Source: an uncultured virus (IMG/VR IMGVR_UViG_3300025853_007458) (taxonomy: Duplodnaviria > Heunggongvirae > Uroviricota > Caudoviricetes). From it: a stretch of 64,000 nt of DNA. Location of the stretch: IMG/VR virus record IMGVR_UViG_3300025853_007458; one strand, written 5' to 3'. The translations under genes and the position numbers were made by a program. Positions 17,245 to 28,113 of the stretch are shown piece after piece. The notes below the pieces were generated by a model. The model saw only the letters and a list, made by a program, of their open reading frames with translations, was not told the DNA's origin and searched no databases. Every line of letters starts with the position of its first letter. Position 1 is the first letter of the stretch.

Positions 17245-18411
17245 ATGGCAAAACAAACAATAAACATCGGATCAATCGCAAATGACGGCACAGGTTCAAC
17301 ACTTCGAGCCGCTGGTGATTTAGTTAATGATAACTTTAATGAAATTTACACAGCAATAGGTGACGGTACAACTTTAACAAATATATTAGCTGCTGGTTAT
17401 ATTACATCATCAAGTACAGATACATTAACTAACAAATCAGGTAATATAAGTCAATGGACAAATGACTCAGGTTATTTAACTTCATTTTCTGAAGCTAATG
17501 ATTTATCATCAGCAGTTACTTGGGCTGATGTTCCTGATGCTAATATTACACAATCAAGTGTAACACAACACCAAGCTGCAATAAATTCAGGTGTTTCCAT
17601 TACAGAAAGTCAAATAAGTGATTTACAAAGTTACATAACTGCAGGCTCAACAACAGCACTTACTAATAAAACTTTTGACGCAAATGGCACTGGTAATTCA
17701 ATTTCAAACATTGAAGTTGCTGACTTAGCGTCTGGTGTATTAGACACAGATTTAACTACAGTTGCAGGCACAGATACTACACTTGCTTCAGCAAAAGCAA
17801 TTAAAACTTATGTTGATAATGTTGCAGCTGCAGGTATACATTATCATACAGCAGTAAGAGTAGAGTCGCCAATAAATTTAAATGCTTCATATGATAACGG
17901 TACTTTAGGTGTTGGTGCAACTTTAACTAACACAGGTACTTTAGCAGCCATTTCAATTGATGGTGTTGCTTTAAATTTAAATGATAGAGTTTTAATTTAT
18001 AATCAATCAAATGCAGCTCACAATGGTGTATATTATGTATCAACTGTTGGTGATGGTGCAACTGCTTGGGTATTAACAAGAACAACAGATACAGACAGTT
18101 ATGGTGCTTCTGATCCAGACTCTTTGGGGGAAGGTGATGCCTTTTTCGTAAGTGAAGGGAATACAGGTGCTGGAGAATTATATGTAATGAATACTAATGG
18201 TACAATTACATTTGGTACTACAAATATTACATTTTCTGTAATTGCCGAAACAGCAGTATATTCAGCAGGACAGTCATTAACACTATCAGGCACAGTATTT
18301 TCAGTAACATCGGGTTCTATAAGTTCAACACAACTAACAAGTGCTGTTGAATTGCAAATATTAGATAGTTCTGGATCAACAGTTAAATCACTATATGGTG
18401 CAGGATCGTAA
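17245..18411 (+). CDS. Baseplate-attached fibre/connector protein (gp9/gp10-like N-terminus)
   Basis: 'KQTINIGSIANDGTGSTLRAAG..VNDNFNEIY' N-terminal motif; Thr/Ser-rich fibre repeats. Confidence 0.75.
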   Translation: MAKQTINIGSIANDGTGSTLRAAGDLVNDNFNEIYTAIGDGTTLTNILAAGYITSSSTDTLTNKSGNISQWTNDSGYLTSFSEANDLSSAVTWADVPDANITQSSVTQHQAAINSGVSITESQISDLQSYITAGSTTALTNKTFDANGTGNSISNIEVADLASGVLDTDLTTVAGTDTTLASAKAIKTYVDNVAAAGIHYHTAVRVESPINLNASYDNGTLGVGATLTNTGTLAAISIDGVALNLNDRVLIYNQSNAAHNGVYYVSTVGDGATAWVLTRTTDTDSYGASDPDSLGEGDAFFVSEGNTGAGELYVMNTNGTITFGTTNITFSVIAETAVYSAGQSLTLSGTVFSVTSGSISSTQLTSAVELQILDSSGSTVKSLYGAGS

Positions 18412-18420
18412 TAAAAAGAT

Positions 18421-18428
18421 TATAAATA
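18421..18428 (+). promoter_or_regulatory. T4 late promoter
   Basis: TATAAATA upstream of gp8. Confidence 0.8.
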
Positions 18429-18443
18429 TAAAGAGGAATAACA

Positions 18444-19940
18444 ATGCCAGCAATAATAACAAATAAATTTAGAATGAACAATGCGGAACAGTTTCAGGAA
18501 TCATTTTCTGAAGCTTCTCCAACAGTTTACTACTTAGGAATAGGTAGAGCACAAGAATTTGGTACTTTAACAAGACCAGATGGTAGAACAGACTACGAAG
18601 GTACAGAAACAGCACCTACTACACCAGGTGATAGTGTACTAAATGAATTTAAAAACTATGATGATCTGCTGGCTGCAAAAAAGATCACAGGTTCAGACGT
18701 TTCATTTGTTATTCCTAGAAGAAACTGGACATCAGGTACAACATACGATATTTACAGACACGATTACGAGGAGTTTGTAACAGGTAGCACATCAACAAGG
18801 GTTACATCAAATAGTGGTGCAACAACTTTGTTTGACTCTACTTTTTATGTAATAACTTCAGATAGAAACGTTTACAAGTGTTTAGACAATGATGGTAATA
18901 CTGCTTCGACAGTAGAACCAACAGGTACTGGTACAACTTTAATTACAACTGGTGATGGATACAAGTGGAAATATATGTACACTTTATCTGCTGCTCAACA
19001 ATCAAATTTCTTATCAACTGACTTTATGGCAGTTTCAACTGACTCAACTGTATCATCAGCTGCTGTTGATGGCGCACTAGACGTAGTAAAAGTTAAAACT
19101 GGTGGATCAAGTTATACAGTTTCAGGTGGTGGTACATCAGGAACAATAACTGCTGTGCCAATTAGAGGTGATGGTAGTGGTGGTGTTTGCTCTGTAACTT
19201 TAACTTCAGGCGCTATAACTGCTGTATCTATAACAACTGCTGGTACTGGTTACACTTCAGGTTATATTAAAAATGCTGACATCATTGCAGCTACAAATGC
19301 TGGTGGTGCTGGATCAGGTGCAGAATTAGACGTAATCATTCCACCAAAAGGTGGTCATGGTTTTAACGCCGTAGAAGAATTAGGTGGATTCTTTGTTATG
19401 TTAAATACAACATTAGAAGGAACTGAAAGTTCTAACTCTGGTGATTTTACGGCTGCAAACGACTTTAGAAAAATTACTTTAATTAAGAATCCAAACAACG
19501 CAGCTGGTTCGGCTGCTTCTGCGTCAACATTAAGAGGCACATATGCTGTTAAAATTAATACTTCACCCACTCCAGGAACATTTGTTGTTGATGAAGAAAT
19601 TAATCAGGCAAGTACAGGTGCTGTAGGTAAAGTTGTTGAATGGGATGCTACAAATAAAATTTTATATTATGTTCAGACTAGACACAATGGCGCTGGTGCT
19701 GATACAAATGGTAACGTTACTGCTTTTAGTGGTACAAATGTAATTACTGGACAAACATCTAGTGCTACAGGTACTCCCGAAAATACTACTTCAACTGTTA
19801 ACAATGTTTCATTCACTTCTGGTTATGCTACTCCTGAATTGAAACATGATACTGGAGAAATCTTATACGTTGAAAATAGAACAAAAATTGCAAGAGCGAC
19901 TGACCAAACTGAAAACATCAAACTCATTATTGAGTTTTAA
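18444..19940 (+). CDS. gp8: Baseplate wedge subunit gp8
   Basis: 'AIITNKFR', 'YLGIGR', 'VIPRRNW', 'VYKCLDN', 'DGYKWKYMY', 'QTENIKLIIEF'. Confidence 0.92.
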   Translation: MPAIITNKFRMNNAEQFQESFSEASPTVYYLGIGRAQEFGTLTRPDGRTDYEGTETAPTTPGDSVLNEFKNYDDLLAAKKITGSDVSFVIPRRNWTSGTTYDIYRHDYEEFVTGSTSTRVTSNSGATTLFDSTFYVITSDRNVYKCLDNDGNTASTVEPTGTGTTLITTGDGYKWKYMYTLSAAQQSNFLSTDFMAVSTDSTVSSAAVDGALDVVKVKTGGSSYTVSGGGTSGTITAVPIRGDGSGGVCSVTLTSGAITAVSITTAGTGYTSGYIKNADIIAATNAGGAGSGAELDVIIPPKGGHGFNAVEELGGFFVMLNTTLEGTESSNSGDFTAANDFRKITLIKNPNNAAGSAASASTLRGTYAVKINTSPTPGTFVVDEEINQASTGAVGKVVEWDATNKILYYVQTRHNGAGADTNGNVTAFSGTNVITGQTSSATGTPENTTSTVNNVSFTSGYATPELKHDTGEILYVENRTKIARATDQTENIKLIIEF

Positions 19941-19956
19941 TAGGGGAAAATAGATA

Positions 19957-22900
19957 ATGCCAAGTCCAACTGATTTTAATGTCAGTCCTTACTATGACGA
20001 TTTTACAGAGTCAAAAAAGTTTCACAGAATACTTTTTAGACCTGCTTTTGCTGTTCAGGCTAGAGAATTAACTCAATCTCAAACACAATTACAAAATCAA
20101 ATAGAAAGAATGTCAGATCACCTTTTTGATAAGGGATCAATGGTCATTCCTGGTGAAATTGGTTACGATTTAAAATACTATGCTGTTAAGTTAACATCTA
20201 AATCTGCTTCAACTGTAGATAGTTATATTGACACTACACTAACAGGTGGTACTTCAGGCGTTACTGCTAAAGTTGTAAACGCTGTTGCTACAGACGGTAC
20301 TGATCCAGATACACTATTCGTTAAATACATGAATACTGCTTCTGATGGTGCACAAATTCCTTTTACACATGGTGAAACAATAACATCATCTAATACTTCA
20401 ACAGCTGTTGTTGCTTCTTGTCATACAGGATCAGCTGCACAGATTAAAGAAGGTGTATATTACATCAATGGTTTTCACGTTCAAGTATCTGCACAAACTT
20501 TAATACTTGAAAAATATTCAGATACTCCTAGTTATAGAGTTGGTTTATCAGTAACAGAATCTTTTGTTGCACCTGGTGATGATACATCTCTAAACGATAA
20601 CGCACAAGGCGTATCAAACTCAAACGCTCCTGGCGCTCACAGATTTAAAATACTTTTAACATTAGGCAAAAAAGCATTAAACAATACTGAAGATAGTAAC
20701 TTCTATGAATTGTTAAGATTGTCAAGTGGTGTATTACAAAACCAAGTTAGAACAACTGAATACGCTGTATTAGAAGATACACTTGCTCGTAGAACATTTG
20801 ACGAAAGTGGTGACTATGTTGTAAGACCTTTTGATATAGATGTTAGAGAACATTTATCTTCAGGCAACAATAGAGGTATCTTTACATCATCAGCAGGTGG
20901 TGACGCAACTAAACTTGCAGTAGGATTCTCTCCTGGAAAAGCATATGTAAAAGGTTATGAGATAGACACAATCGCAACAACTTTTTTACCTGTAGATAAG
21001 GCAAGAGATTTTGACACACAAAATAATTTTAGTACTAGATTTGATGTAGGTAACTTTGTAAACGTAACAAACGTTTATGGTTCTCCTGACATTTCAACTG
21101 CTTCAGGTGTAGAAGGATTTAAAGGTTTAACTTTACACAATACAGCAACAAGTTCACGTGGTACTGCAAACACAGGATCAAGTTCAGATATTACTACAAT
21201 TGGTAGAGCAAAAAGTAGAGGCTTTGAATATTCTTCAGGTACTGCTGCTTCAAACATATTTTCAAGTTCAAGTGTAACAAGTGCTGTTTATAAACATTAT
21301 CTTTTTGATATAGTTTTATTTACACACTTAAATATTAAAACTGCACAAGCATTTACAACAGGTGAAACTGTAACTGGTAGTACTTCTGGTGCTACTGCAA
21401 CAGTTCAATCTGTATCTACTACAGAAAGTGCTACAATCACAGGTGCAACAGCAGCTGATCCTGTAGTTATTACATCTTCAAATAAATTTAAAGAAGGTCA
21501 ACAAGTAACAATAACAGGTGTAGGTGGTATGACTGAATTAAATGGTAACGTTTATACGGTTAGAAATCCATCGGCATCAAATTTTGAATTATACGACACA
21601 GACGGCACTACTTCAATTGATGGATCAGGATTTACTAGTTATACTTCAGGCGGTGCAGCTGCACATGGTGTAGTTATAGTATCAAACGTACAAGGTACTT
21701 TTGCTACTGGCGAAACAATAACAGGTGGCACATCAAGTAACACAGCAGTTATTCAAGCAGACGCTGTTGGTTTAAAAGGTGTTACTGCATTTGATATACC
21801 ACAAGTTAAACAAATTGCAATGGCAGGTTCGCCTACATTTACTGCTGATACAGCATTAGACGCTACAAATGGCGACAATGCAACATTAACAGGTACACTA
21901 TCTATCGCAAATAGTGGTACATCTGTAACAGGTTTCAATACAAGATTTACATCTGAATTATTAGTTGGCGATTCAATATCATTTACTACAGACGGTGGTA
22001 CCTCTTTAACTAGAATAGTTGAGGCTATCATTAGTGATAGTTCAATAACACTATCAGCTGCTGTTGGTGGATCAGACGTATCCACAAAAACAATTGCAAC
22101 GAGAAGAAGAACAAAAATACAATCACCTGATAAAAATATTTCTATATTCAAACTGCCGTATGAAAATATTAAAACATTAAGAACAACTGCAAATGGTAAT
22201 GCTTCAGATACAAGTTATACATTTAGAAAACATGAAATTAAAACACTAACTGGTGATGGTATTGCAACATTTACTGCTGGTGTAGATGAAACGTTTGCCG
22301 ATTTATCAGAAAATGATTTTACTATTTCAATTACAAGTTTAGGTTCTGGTGGTTCTGGTGCTGTAGGTGATGTATTAAGTTTGACAGGAAATAACCACGA
22401 AGGTTCTGCAATCTTTACTTTAAATGTTGCTAAAACACAATTAACTATTGACTTTGGTGCTAACTACGCTTCACATGACGTTAAAGCATTATTAACTATA
22501 AACAAAACGGTAGGTACTTCGAAAACAAAAACACTTAACAGTAATGAAACACTTGCTGTATCTACACAGGCAACAATAGAGAGTGGTGTAATTAGTTTAG
22601 CAAAAGCAGACGTAATTGCTATCAATTCAATTTACATGGCACCTGACTTTAGTACGGATGCAACAATATCACATACAGACGTTACAGATAGATTTGATTT
22701 AGATACAGGTCAAAGAGATAACTTCTATGATGTTGGTAGAATAAAATTAAAAACTGGTGCGTTAACACCAACAGGTAGATTACTTGTAAACTTTAACTAT
22801 TACTCTCATAGTGCAGGAGATTATTTTGATGTTGACTCATATTCAGCAATTAATTACGAAGACATTCCTGCTTACACTTCAGACCATACAGGTGTTAGAT

Positions 22901-25900
22901 ATGAATTAAGAGATAGTTTAGACTTTAGACCAAGAGTTGATGACGCAAGTACAATCAGTTCAGGTAACCAAGATAGATCATTTGATGGTACTGGTAATTC
23001 AGTAGTACAACCTATCAAATTTAATTCAGACGTTAGATCAGACTTTGAATACTATTTAGGAAGAGTAGATAAAATATTTTTAGATAAAGATGGTAACTTT
23101 AAAGTATTAAAAGGTGCTAGTTCATTAGAACCAAGAGTACCTGGTACATTAGATAACGCAATGCACCTATACACATTGTTTTTACCTGCATATACATTGG
23201 ATACATCTGAAGTTGGTATAGAACACGTTGACAACAAACGATATACAATGAGAGATATTGGTAGAATAGAAAAGAGAATAGAAACTACAGAATACTATAC
23301 TCAATTATCTCTACTAGAAACAGCTGCACAGAATTTACAAATACAAGACTCAAATGGTTTTGATAGATTTAAAAATGGTTTCGTTGTAGATAACTTTACA
23401 GGTCACGGTATTGGTGATGTAGGAAATAACGATTACAAAGTTTCTATAGATTACGCAAACGGTGAGTTAAGACCTACATTCCATGAAGACGCTGTACAAC
23501 TTATTGAAAGAGATGATGATGGTACTGCAATTACAGCTGATGATAGAACAACACATAACTATCAAAAGACTGGCGACTTAATAACATTACCATATACTGA
23601 GGAAACATTAATAGATCAACCTTATGCAAGTAAGGCTATCAATGTTAACCCATTTGGTGTATTTACATGGATAGGTGCAATAGAATTAACACCTCCAGGT
23701 GATGAATGGAAAGAAACAGAAAGAGCACCTGAATTAGTTATCAACAACCCTAATGGTAGTTGGGACAACTTAACTAAAAACTCTGGTAACTCTAATCAGT
23801 TATCTGAATTTCCTATGTCAACAGTTTGGAATTCATGGCAAGATACATGGACAGGAAGACCTGTTGAAACAGAAAGAAAAAATGTAGGTACATATAAGAA
23901 AAGAGGTGGTCATGGTTGGAGAGTAATTGCAAAAGAAGAAGTAACTACTGCTCAACAAGTATCACAAACAAGAACAGGAATTAGAGCAGTTGCTGTACCT
24001 GAAACAGTAAGAACATCTATCGGTGATAGAGTTGTTTCAGTTGCATTTGTTCCTTTTATTAGAAGTAGAACATTAACATTTACTGCAACAAGATTAAAAC
24101 CTAATACAAGAGTTTATCCATTCTTTGATAATATAGACGTTACTGCATATGTAACTCCAGACGGTGGTGCATTAGGTGGTAATTTAGTTACAGACGCTAA
24201 TGGTAAGGTTGAAGGTACATTTGCAATACCTGATCCTAAAACAAATTCAAATCCTAGATGGAGAACAGGTCAAAGATTATTCAGATTAACAAGTTCATCT
24301 TCAAACAGTTTAACAAACGCAAACGTAGAAACGGCTGCAAACGTTGAATATGTTGCAAGAGGTCTATTAGAAACAGTAAGAGAAACTATTATTTCAAGTA
24401 GAGAAGCTCGTGTAGAGATGAGAAGTGTAACAGAAAGTCAAAGTATTACTAGAACATCCACAAGAACGGAAGAAAGACAAGTTGGTTACCATGACCCACT
24501 TGCTCAAACTTTCTTAATTGATGATGAAGGTGGTGTATTCTTAACATCTATTGATATATTCTTTAGTACAAAAGACGCTGCAATACCAGTAACAGTTCAA
24601 GTAAGAGATGTTGTAAATGGTTATCCAGGTCAGAAAATATTACCATTCTCGGAAGTAACTTTAAATCCTAGTGCTGTAAATACAAGTACAGATGGTACAA
24701 CTGCAACTAAATTTACATTTGCAAGTCCTGTTTACATACAATCAAACGTAGAGTATTGTTTTGTTGTAATGGCAAACTCACAAGACTACAATGCTTATGT
24801 GGCAAGAATAGGTGAAACATCTTTAGATACAAATAGAACAATATCTGCTCAACCATATGCTGGTGTATTATTTAAATCACAGAATGGTATGACATGGTCT
24901 GCTGAACAAAATGAAGATATGAAATTCAAATTAAGAAGAGCAGAATTTAGTAACGTAACTGGTACAGTTACATTAACTAACGATACATTAGGAACAAGAA
25001 CACTTAAAAATAATGCTTTAAGAACAACAAATGGTTCTGGAGTAATTAGAGTATTCCATCCTAACCATGGTATGCACGGTACAAGTAATAACGTAACAAT
25101 TGCTGGTGTACCTAGTGGTGATCACAATGGTATTGCTCATAGTGATATTAATGGAACATATACATCTATTTCAAATGTAACTTTAGATAGTTACGATATT
25201 ACAACTTCTGGAACTGCAACTGCAACAGGTGATGTTGGTGGTGTTGCTGTAACAGCAACTCAAAACAGATTGTTTGATGTATTAAATTTAGGTGGTATTC
25301 AAACCGTAACTTTACCTGATACTAATATAGATTTCTATGTTAGAACAACATCTGGTAGATCAATACACGGATCAGAAACAGAATTTGATTTAACAACAGC
25401 TGCAAATAAAGTTGCTGTAATAGGTAACGACAATATTGCTTTCACAGCACCTCAAATGGTTGCAAGTGAAATAAATGAAACAAACGAAACGCAAATTATA
25501 GGTGGTAAATCTTTCTATACAATATTAGAATTGACAACTGCAAATACTAAACTTTCTCCTGTATTAGATACTCAAAGAATGAGTGCCTTTACTATTCAAA
25601 ACAGATTAAATAGTCCAACATCAAGTAACACACCTAATTTTGTTGCTGATACAGCAAGTATAGGTACATCATCTGCTGCTGTTTATTGTACTAAACCAGT
25701 ATTGCTAGAAAACAACTCAAAAGCGTTAGACATTAGATTAACTGCAAACATAAGAGCAACATCTGAAGTTGAAATGTACTTTAGAGCTGCAACAGATGGC
25801 GACAAACTAGATGATTTGGGTTGGACACCTTTCAATACAGATGGTAGTCCAGATTCATCTATTGTACCTGCTGAAGATGATACAACATTTAAAGAATACA

Positions 25901-26022
25901 AATATACAGCAAGTGATATAAATGACTTTACTAACTTTCAACTTAAAATAGTTATGAAAGGAACAAATTCATCATATCCACCTGTATTAAGAGATATGAG
26001 AGGAATTGCATTGGCGATATAA
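19957..26022 (+). CDS. Large virion structural protein (VrlC/DUF4815-like)
   Basis: 'FNVSPYYDDF...ILFRP..AVQARELTQSQ', 'LARRTFDESGDY', 'RFKNGFVVDNF', 'DPLAQTF'. Confidence 0.85.
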   Translation: MPSPTDFNVSPYYDDFTESKKFHRILFRPAFAVQARELTQSQTQLQNQIERMSDHLFDKGSMVIPGEIGYDLKYYAVKLTSKSASTVDSYIDTTLTGGTSGVTAKVVNAVATDGTDPDTLFVKYMNTASDGAQIPFTHGETITSSNTSTAVVASCHTGSAAQIKEGVYYINGFHVQVSAQTLILEKYSDTPSYRVGLSVTESFVAPGDDTSLNDNAQGVSNSNAPGAHRFKILLTLGKKALNNTEDSNFYELLRLSSGVLQNQVRTTEYAVLEDTLARRTFDESGDYVVRPFDIDVREHLSSGNNRGIFTSSAGGDATKLAVGFSPGKAYVKGYEIDTIATTFLPVDKARDFDTQNNFSTRFDVGNFVNVTNVYGSPDISTASGVEGFKGLTLHNTATSSRGTANTGSSSDITTIGRAKSRGFEYSSGTAASNIFSSSSVTSAVYKHYLFDIVLFTHLNIKTAQAFTTGETVTGSTSGATATVQSVSTTESATITGATAADPVVITSSNKFKEGQQVTITGVGGMTELNGNVYTVRNPSASNFELYDTDGTTSIDGSGFTSYTSGGAAAHGVVIVSNVQGTFATGETITGGTSSNTAVIQADAVGLKGVTAFDIPQVKQIAMAGSPTFTADTALDATNGDNATLTGTLSIANSGTSVTGFNTRFTSELLVGDSISFTTDGGTSLTRIVEAIISDSSITLSAAVGGSDVSTKTIATRRRTKIQSPDKNISIFKLPYENIKTLRTTANGNASDTSYTFRKHEIKTLTGDGIATFTAGVDETFADLSENDFTISITSLGSGGSGAVGDVLSLTGNNHEGSAIFTLNVAKTQLTIDFGANYASHDVKALLTINKTVGTSKTKTLNSNETLAVSTQATIESGVISLAKADVIAINSIYMAPDFSTDATISHTDVTDRFDLDTGQRDNFYDVGRIKLKTGALTPTGRLLVNFNYYSHSAGDYFDVDSYSAINYEDIPAYTSDHTGVRYELRDSLDFRPRVDDASTISSGNQDRSFDGTGNSVVQPIKFNSDVRSDFEYYLGRVDKIFLDKDGNFKVLKGASSLEPRVPGTLDNAMHLYTLFLPAYTLDTSEVGIEHVDNKRYTMRDIGRIEKRIETTEYYTQLSLLETAAQNLQIQDSNGFDRFKNGFVVDNFTGHGIGDVGNNDYKVSIDYANGELRPTFHEDAVQLIERDDDGTAITADDRTTHNYQKTGDLITLPYTEETLIDQPYASKAINVNPFGVFTWIGAIELTPPGDEWKETERAPELVINNPNGSWDNLTKNSGNSNQLSEFPMSTVWNSWQDTWTGRPVETERKNVGTYKKRGGHGWRVIAKEEVTTAQQVSQTRTGIRAVAVPETVRTSIGDRVVSVAFVPFIRSRTLTFTATRLKPNTRVYPFFDNIDVTAYVTPDGGALGGNLVTDANGKVEGTFAIPDPKTNSNPRWRTGQRLFRLTSSSSNSLTNANVETAANVEYVARGLLETVRETIISSREARVEMRSVTESQSITRTSTRTEERQVGYHDPLAQTFLIDDEGGVFLTSIDIFFSTKDAAIPVTVQVRDVVNGYPGQKILPFSEVTLNPSAVNTSTDGTTATKFTFASPVYIQSNVEYCFVVMANSQDYNAYVARIGETSLDTNRTISAQPYAGVLFKSQNGMTWSAEQNEDMKFKLRRAEFSNVTGTVTLTNDTLGTRTLKNNALRTTNGSGVIRVFHPNHGMHGTSNNVTIAGVPSGDHNGIAHSDINGTYTSISNVTLDSYDITTSGTATATGDVGGVAVTATQNRLFDVLNLGGIQTVTLPDTNIDFYVRTTSGRSIHGSETEFDLTTAANKVAVIGNDNIAFTAPQMVASEINETNETQIIGGKSFYTILELTTANTKLSPVLDTQRMSAFTIQNRLNSPTSSNTPNFVADTASIGTSSAAVYCTKPVLLENNSKALDIRLTANIRATSEVEMYFRAATDGDKLDDLGWTPFNTDGSPDSSIVPAEDDTTFKEYKYTASDINDFTNFQLKIVMKGTNSSYPPVLRDMRGIALAI

Positions 26023-26023
26023 G

Positions 26024-26245
26024 ATGAGCAAATTAAGAGTAGAAGGATTTTCTGGACTAGTAAGAGATACCAACTCAAATGCCATCGTTAATGTAAACAG
26101 GACTGAATATCAAGTTTATATGTCACGTCACAAGACTAGACAAAAACAAGGTGATGAGTTAAGAGAAGCAATAAAAGAAATAAATACTTTAAAACAAGAA
26201 TTGTTTGAAATAAAAAGATTAATAAAAGAGGTAATTAAAAAGTAA
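26024..26245 (+). CDS. Small hypothetical protein of the virion gene region (coiled-coil C-terminus)
   Basis: 'MSKLRVEGFSGLVRDTNSNAIVN'; ATG 26024 immediately follows the upstream stop. Confidence 0.75.
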   Translation: MSKLRVEGFSGLVRDTNSNAIVNVNRTEYQVYMSRHKTRQKQGDELREAIKEINTLKQELFEIKRLIKEVIKK

Positions 26246-27078
26246 TGGCTGCACGACAAATAACTGCTACACAAACATTAGAAGACTTTAGAACACAGTT
26301 TAATGCTCTATCGGCTACTGATTTTGGTGATATTGCTACGTTAGATTCTGGTTTAACCGCAACGTCTGTAATAGGCGCTGTTAATGAATTATACGCTGCG
26401 ATTGCTGGTGCATTATCTTTTACAATTTCAGATGGCAATGGTGGTAATGAAACACTTGTAAATGGAAATACATTATCATTTAGAGGTACAGTAAATCAAA
26501 TTACAGCAACGGTATCACCAACAGATACGGTTACATACTCATTAACCGATGATGTAACAATTGCTGGTGAGTTTACTGCTTCAGGCACAGGTGCTCACAC
26601 ATTAGGTGAGTTATCATTTACAGGCAGTACAATTGCAAGTTCAGGCTCTACTATCACAATGAGTGATGATGTAACAATGCCTGCAACTAAAACGCTAACT
26701 GTTGATAAGATTTCAAGTAATCAATCATTTGTTGATTTCGGAAGTAAAAACGTATCAACTGACGGATACTTCTACACAACATTAGCAAGTGGAGGTCTGG
26801 TATTTGAAGGAACAACACCAGACGCACACGAAACTATAGTAACCGTTGTAGACCCCACAGCAGATAGAACAATCACTTTGCCTAATGTGACAGGAACAGT
26901 TATAACTACTGGCGATACAGGTACTATCGTTGGTTCTATGATTGCAAACGACACTATAGGTGAGGCAAATATGGCTGATGACGCCATAGGGCAAGATCAA
27001 CTAAAAAGTGTAGTAACCTTGCAGATTTTAAATTCTAGTGGCGTTGTTGTTAAAACAATGTATGCTGCAGGTGCATAA
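26245..27078 (+). CDS. Virion structural/fibre protein
   Basis: 'TLEDFRTQFNAL' N-terminus; '[23 protein letters not shown]' module shared with the giant fibre. Confidence 0.7.
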   Translation: MAARQITATQTLEDFRTQFNALSATDFGDIATLDSGLTATSVIGAVNELYAAIAGALSFTISDGNGGNETLVNGNTLSFRGTVNQITATVSPTDTVTYSLTDDVTIAGEFTASGTGAHTLGELSFTGSTIASSGSTITMSDDVTMPATKTLTVDKISSNQSFVDFGSKNVSTDGYFYTTLASGGLVFEGTTPDAHETIVTVVDPTADRTITLPNVTGTVITTGDTGTIVGSMIANDTIGEANMADDAIGQDQLKSVVTLQILNSSGVVVKTMYAAGA

Positions 27079-27082
27079 ATAG

Positions 27083-27090
27083 TATAAATA
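27083..27090 (+). promoter_or_regulatory. T4 late promoter
   Basis: TATAAATA upstream of 27146. Confidence 0.8.
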
Positions 27091-27145
27091 AGTAAAGAGA
27101 GGTACTTACTGAAAGACGTGGTACCAGATAAAAAATGGAGAAATT

Positions 27146-28087
27146 ATGGCAGTAAGAAAACCTTTATATGTAGATTCAGGCAATCTACGAGAGATGGACA
27201 CTACTATGGTCGAACAGATCGTAGATCAGGCTGTCTATCAATATTCATTAAATCCTAGTGTTGCATTATCTGTAGTTGGATCAGGTGGTAGTTTAGGTTC
27301 AATGAACGACACAAGAAAACAAGCAGGATCATATTCAACAAGTACTACTTCATTCCCAAGTGAGGCAACAACAGCAGAACCAAGTACGGTTACAGTAACT
27401 TACGATAAAGTTTCTGAAACTAGAACAGCAGGATCGCCTACGGCAGATACTGGTAAAACATGGCCTGTGTATTACAACACATCTGGTCAGATACAAGCAA
27501 TGAATTTATCGGATGTAAAAGATACATTTTTACACCCAGCAATTGATCTATTGGCTTCAGGATCAACAGGTACTCAACAAGGTGGAACTTATCACGTTTC
27601 AACAAGTGCTTCTGTTGCAGGTTCAACTGAAGTGTCTGGTGCTTCAACACCAATCTTTTCAGATACAAGAGCAGATACATCTTTATATACTGCTGGTGGT
27701 ATTCCTGAAGCGCTTGACCAACCTACAACAGTTACAAACTATTACTTACATAGAATTGATGGTTCTCAAATTACATATACTGAACCATACTTTTTAGATG
27801 GTTCTAATAACATCAAAGAATTTACAACATCTGCTTTTGATACATTGTTACAAGAATGGATGAAGTACACAGCAGTATCATCTGCTGATGGTTATTCTTT
27901 AAGTTATAACATTGGTACTTCTGGTTCTGGTAATACAAGAGGTTCTGGTATGGGTGATACTATATTAGATGGTTCTGGTAACTATCAACAATTGTTTGTA
28001 AACGCTGATGACTATAGAGCACAGGAATTTCCAAATGGATCTGCAACTACAGCTGCAACATATTATTTAAGAATATATAAGTCTTAA
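27146..28087 (+). CDS. Probable virion structural protein
   Basis: Late promoter, GGAG RBS, Thr/Ser/Gly-rich composition. Confidence 0.65.
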   Translation: MAVRKPLYVDSGNLREMDTTMVEQIVDQAVYQYSLNPSVALSVVGSGGSLGSMNDTRKQAGSYSTSTTSFPSEATTAEPSTVTVTYDKVSETRTAGSPTADTGKTWPVYYNTSGQIQAMNLSDVKDTFLHPAIDLLASGSTGTQQGGTYHVSTSASVAGSTEVSGASTPIFSDTRADTSLYTAGGIPEALDQPTTVTNYYLHRIDGSQITYTEPYFLDGSNNIKEFTTSAFDTLLQEWMKYTAVSSADGYSLSYNIGTSGSGNTRGSGMGDTILDGSGNYQQLFVNADDYRAQEFPNGSATTAATYYLRIYKS

Positions 28088-28113
28088 TAGACTTATAAAT
28101 TATATTATGAATT

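Noticed and set aside
27091..27145. Ribozyme or ncRNA in the leader (GGTAC...GTACC stem around CTGAAAG)
   Set aside because: Too short, and it lacks a complete hammerhead core; at most a simple leader hairpin.
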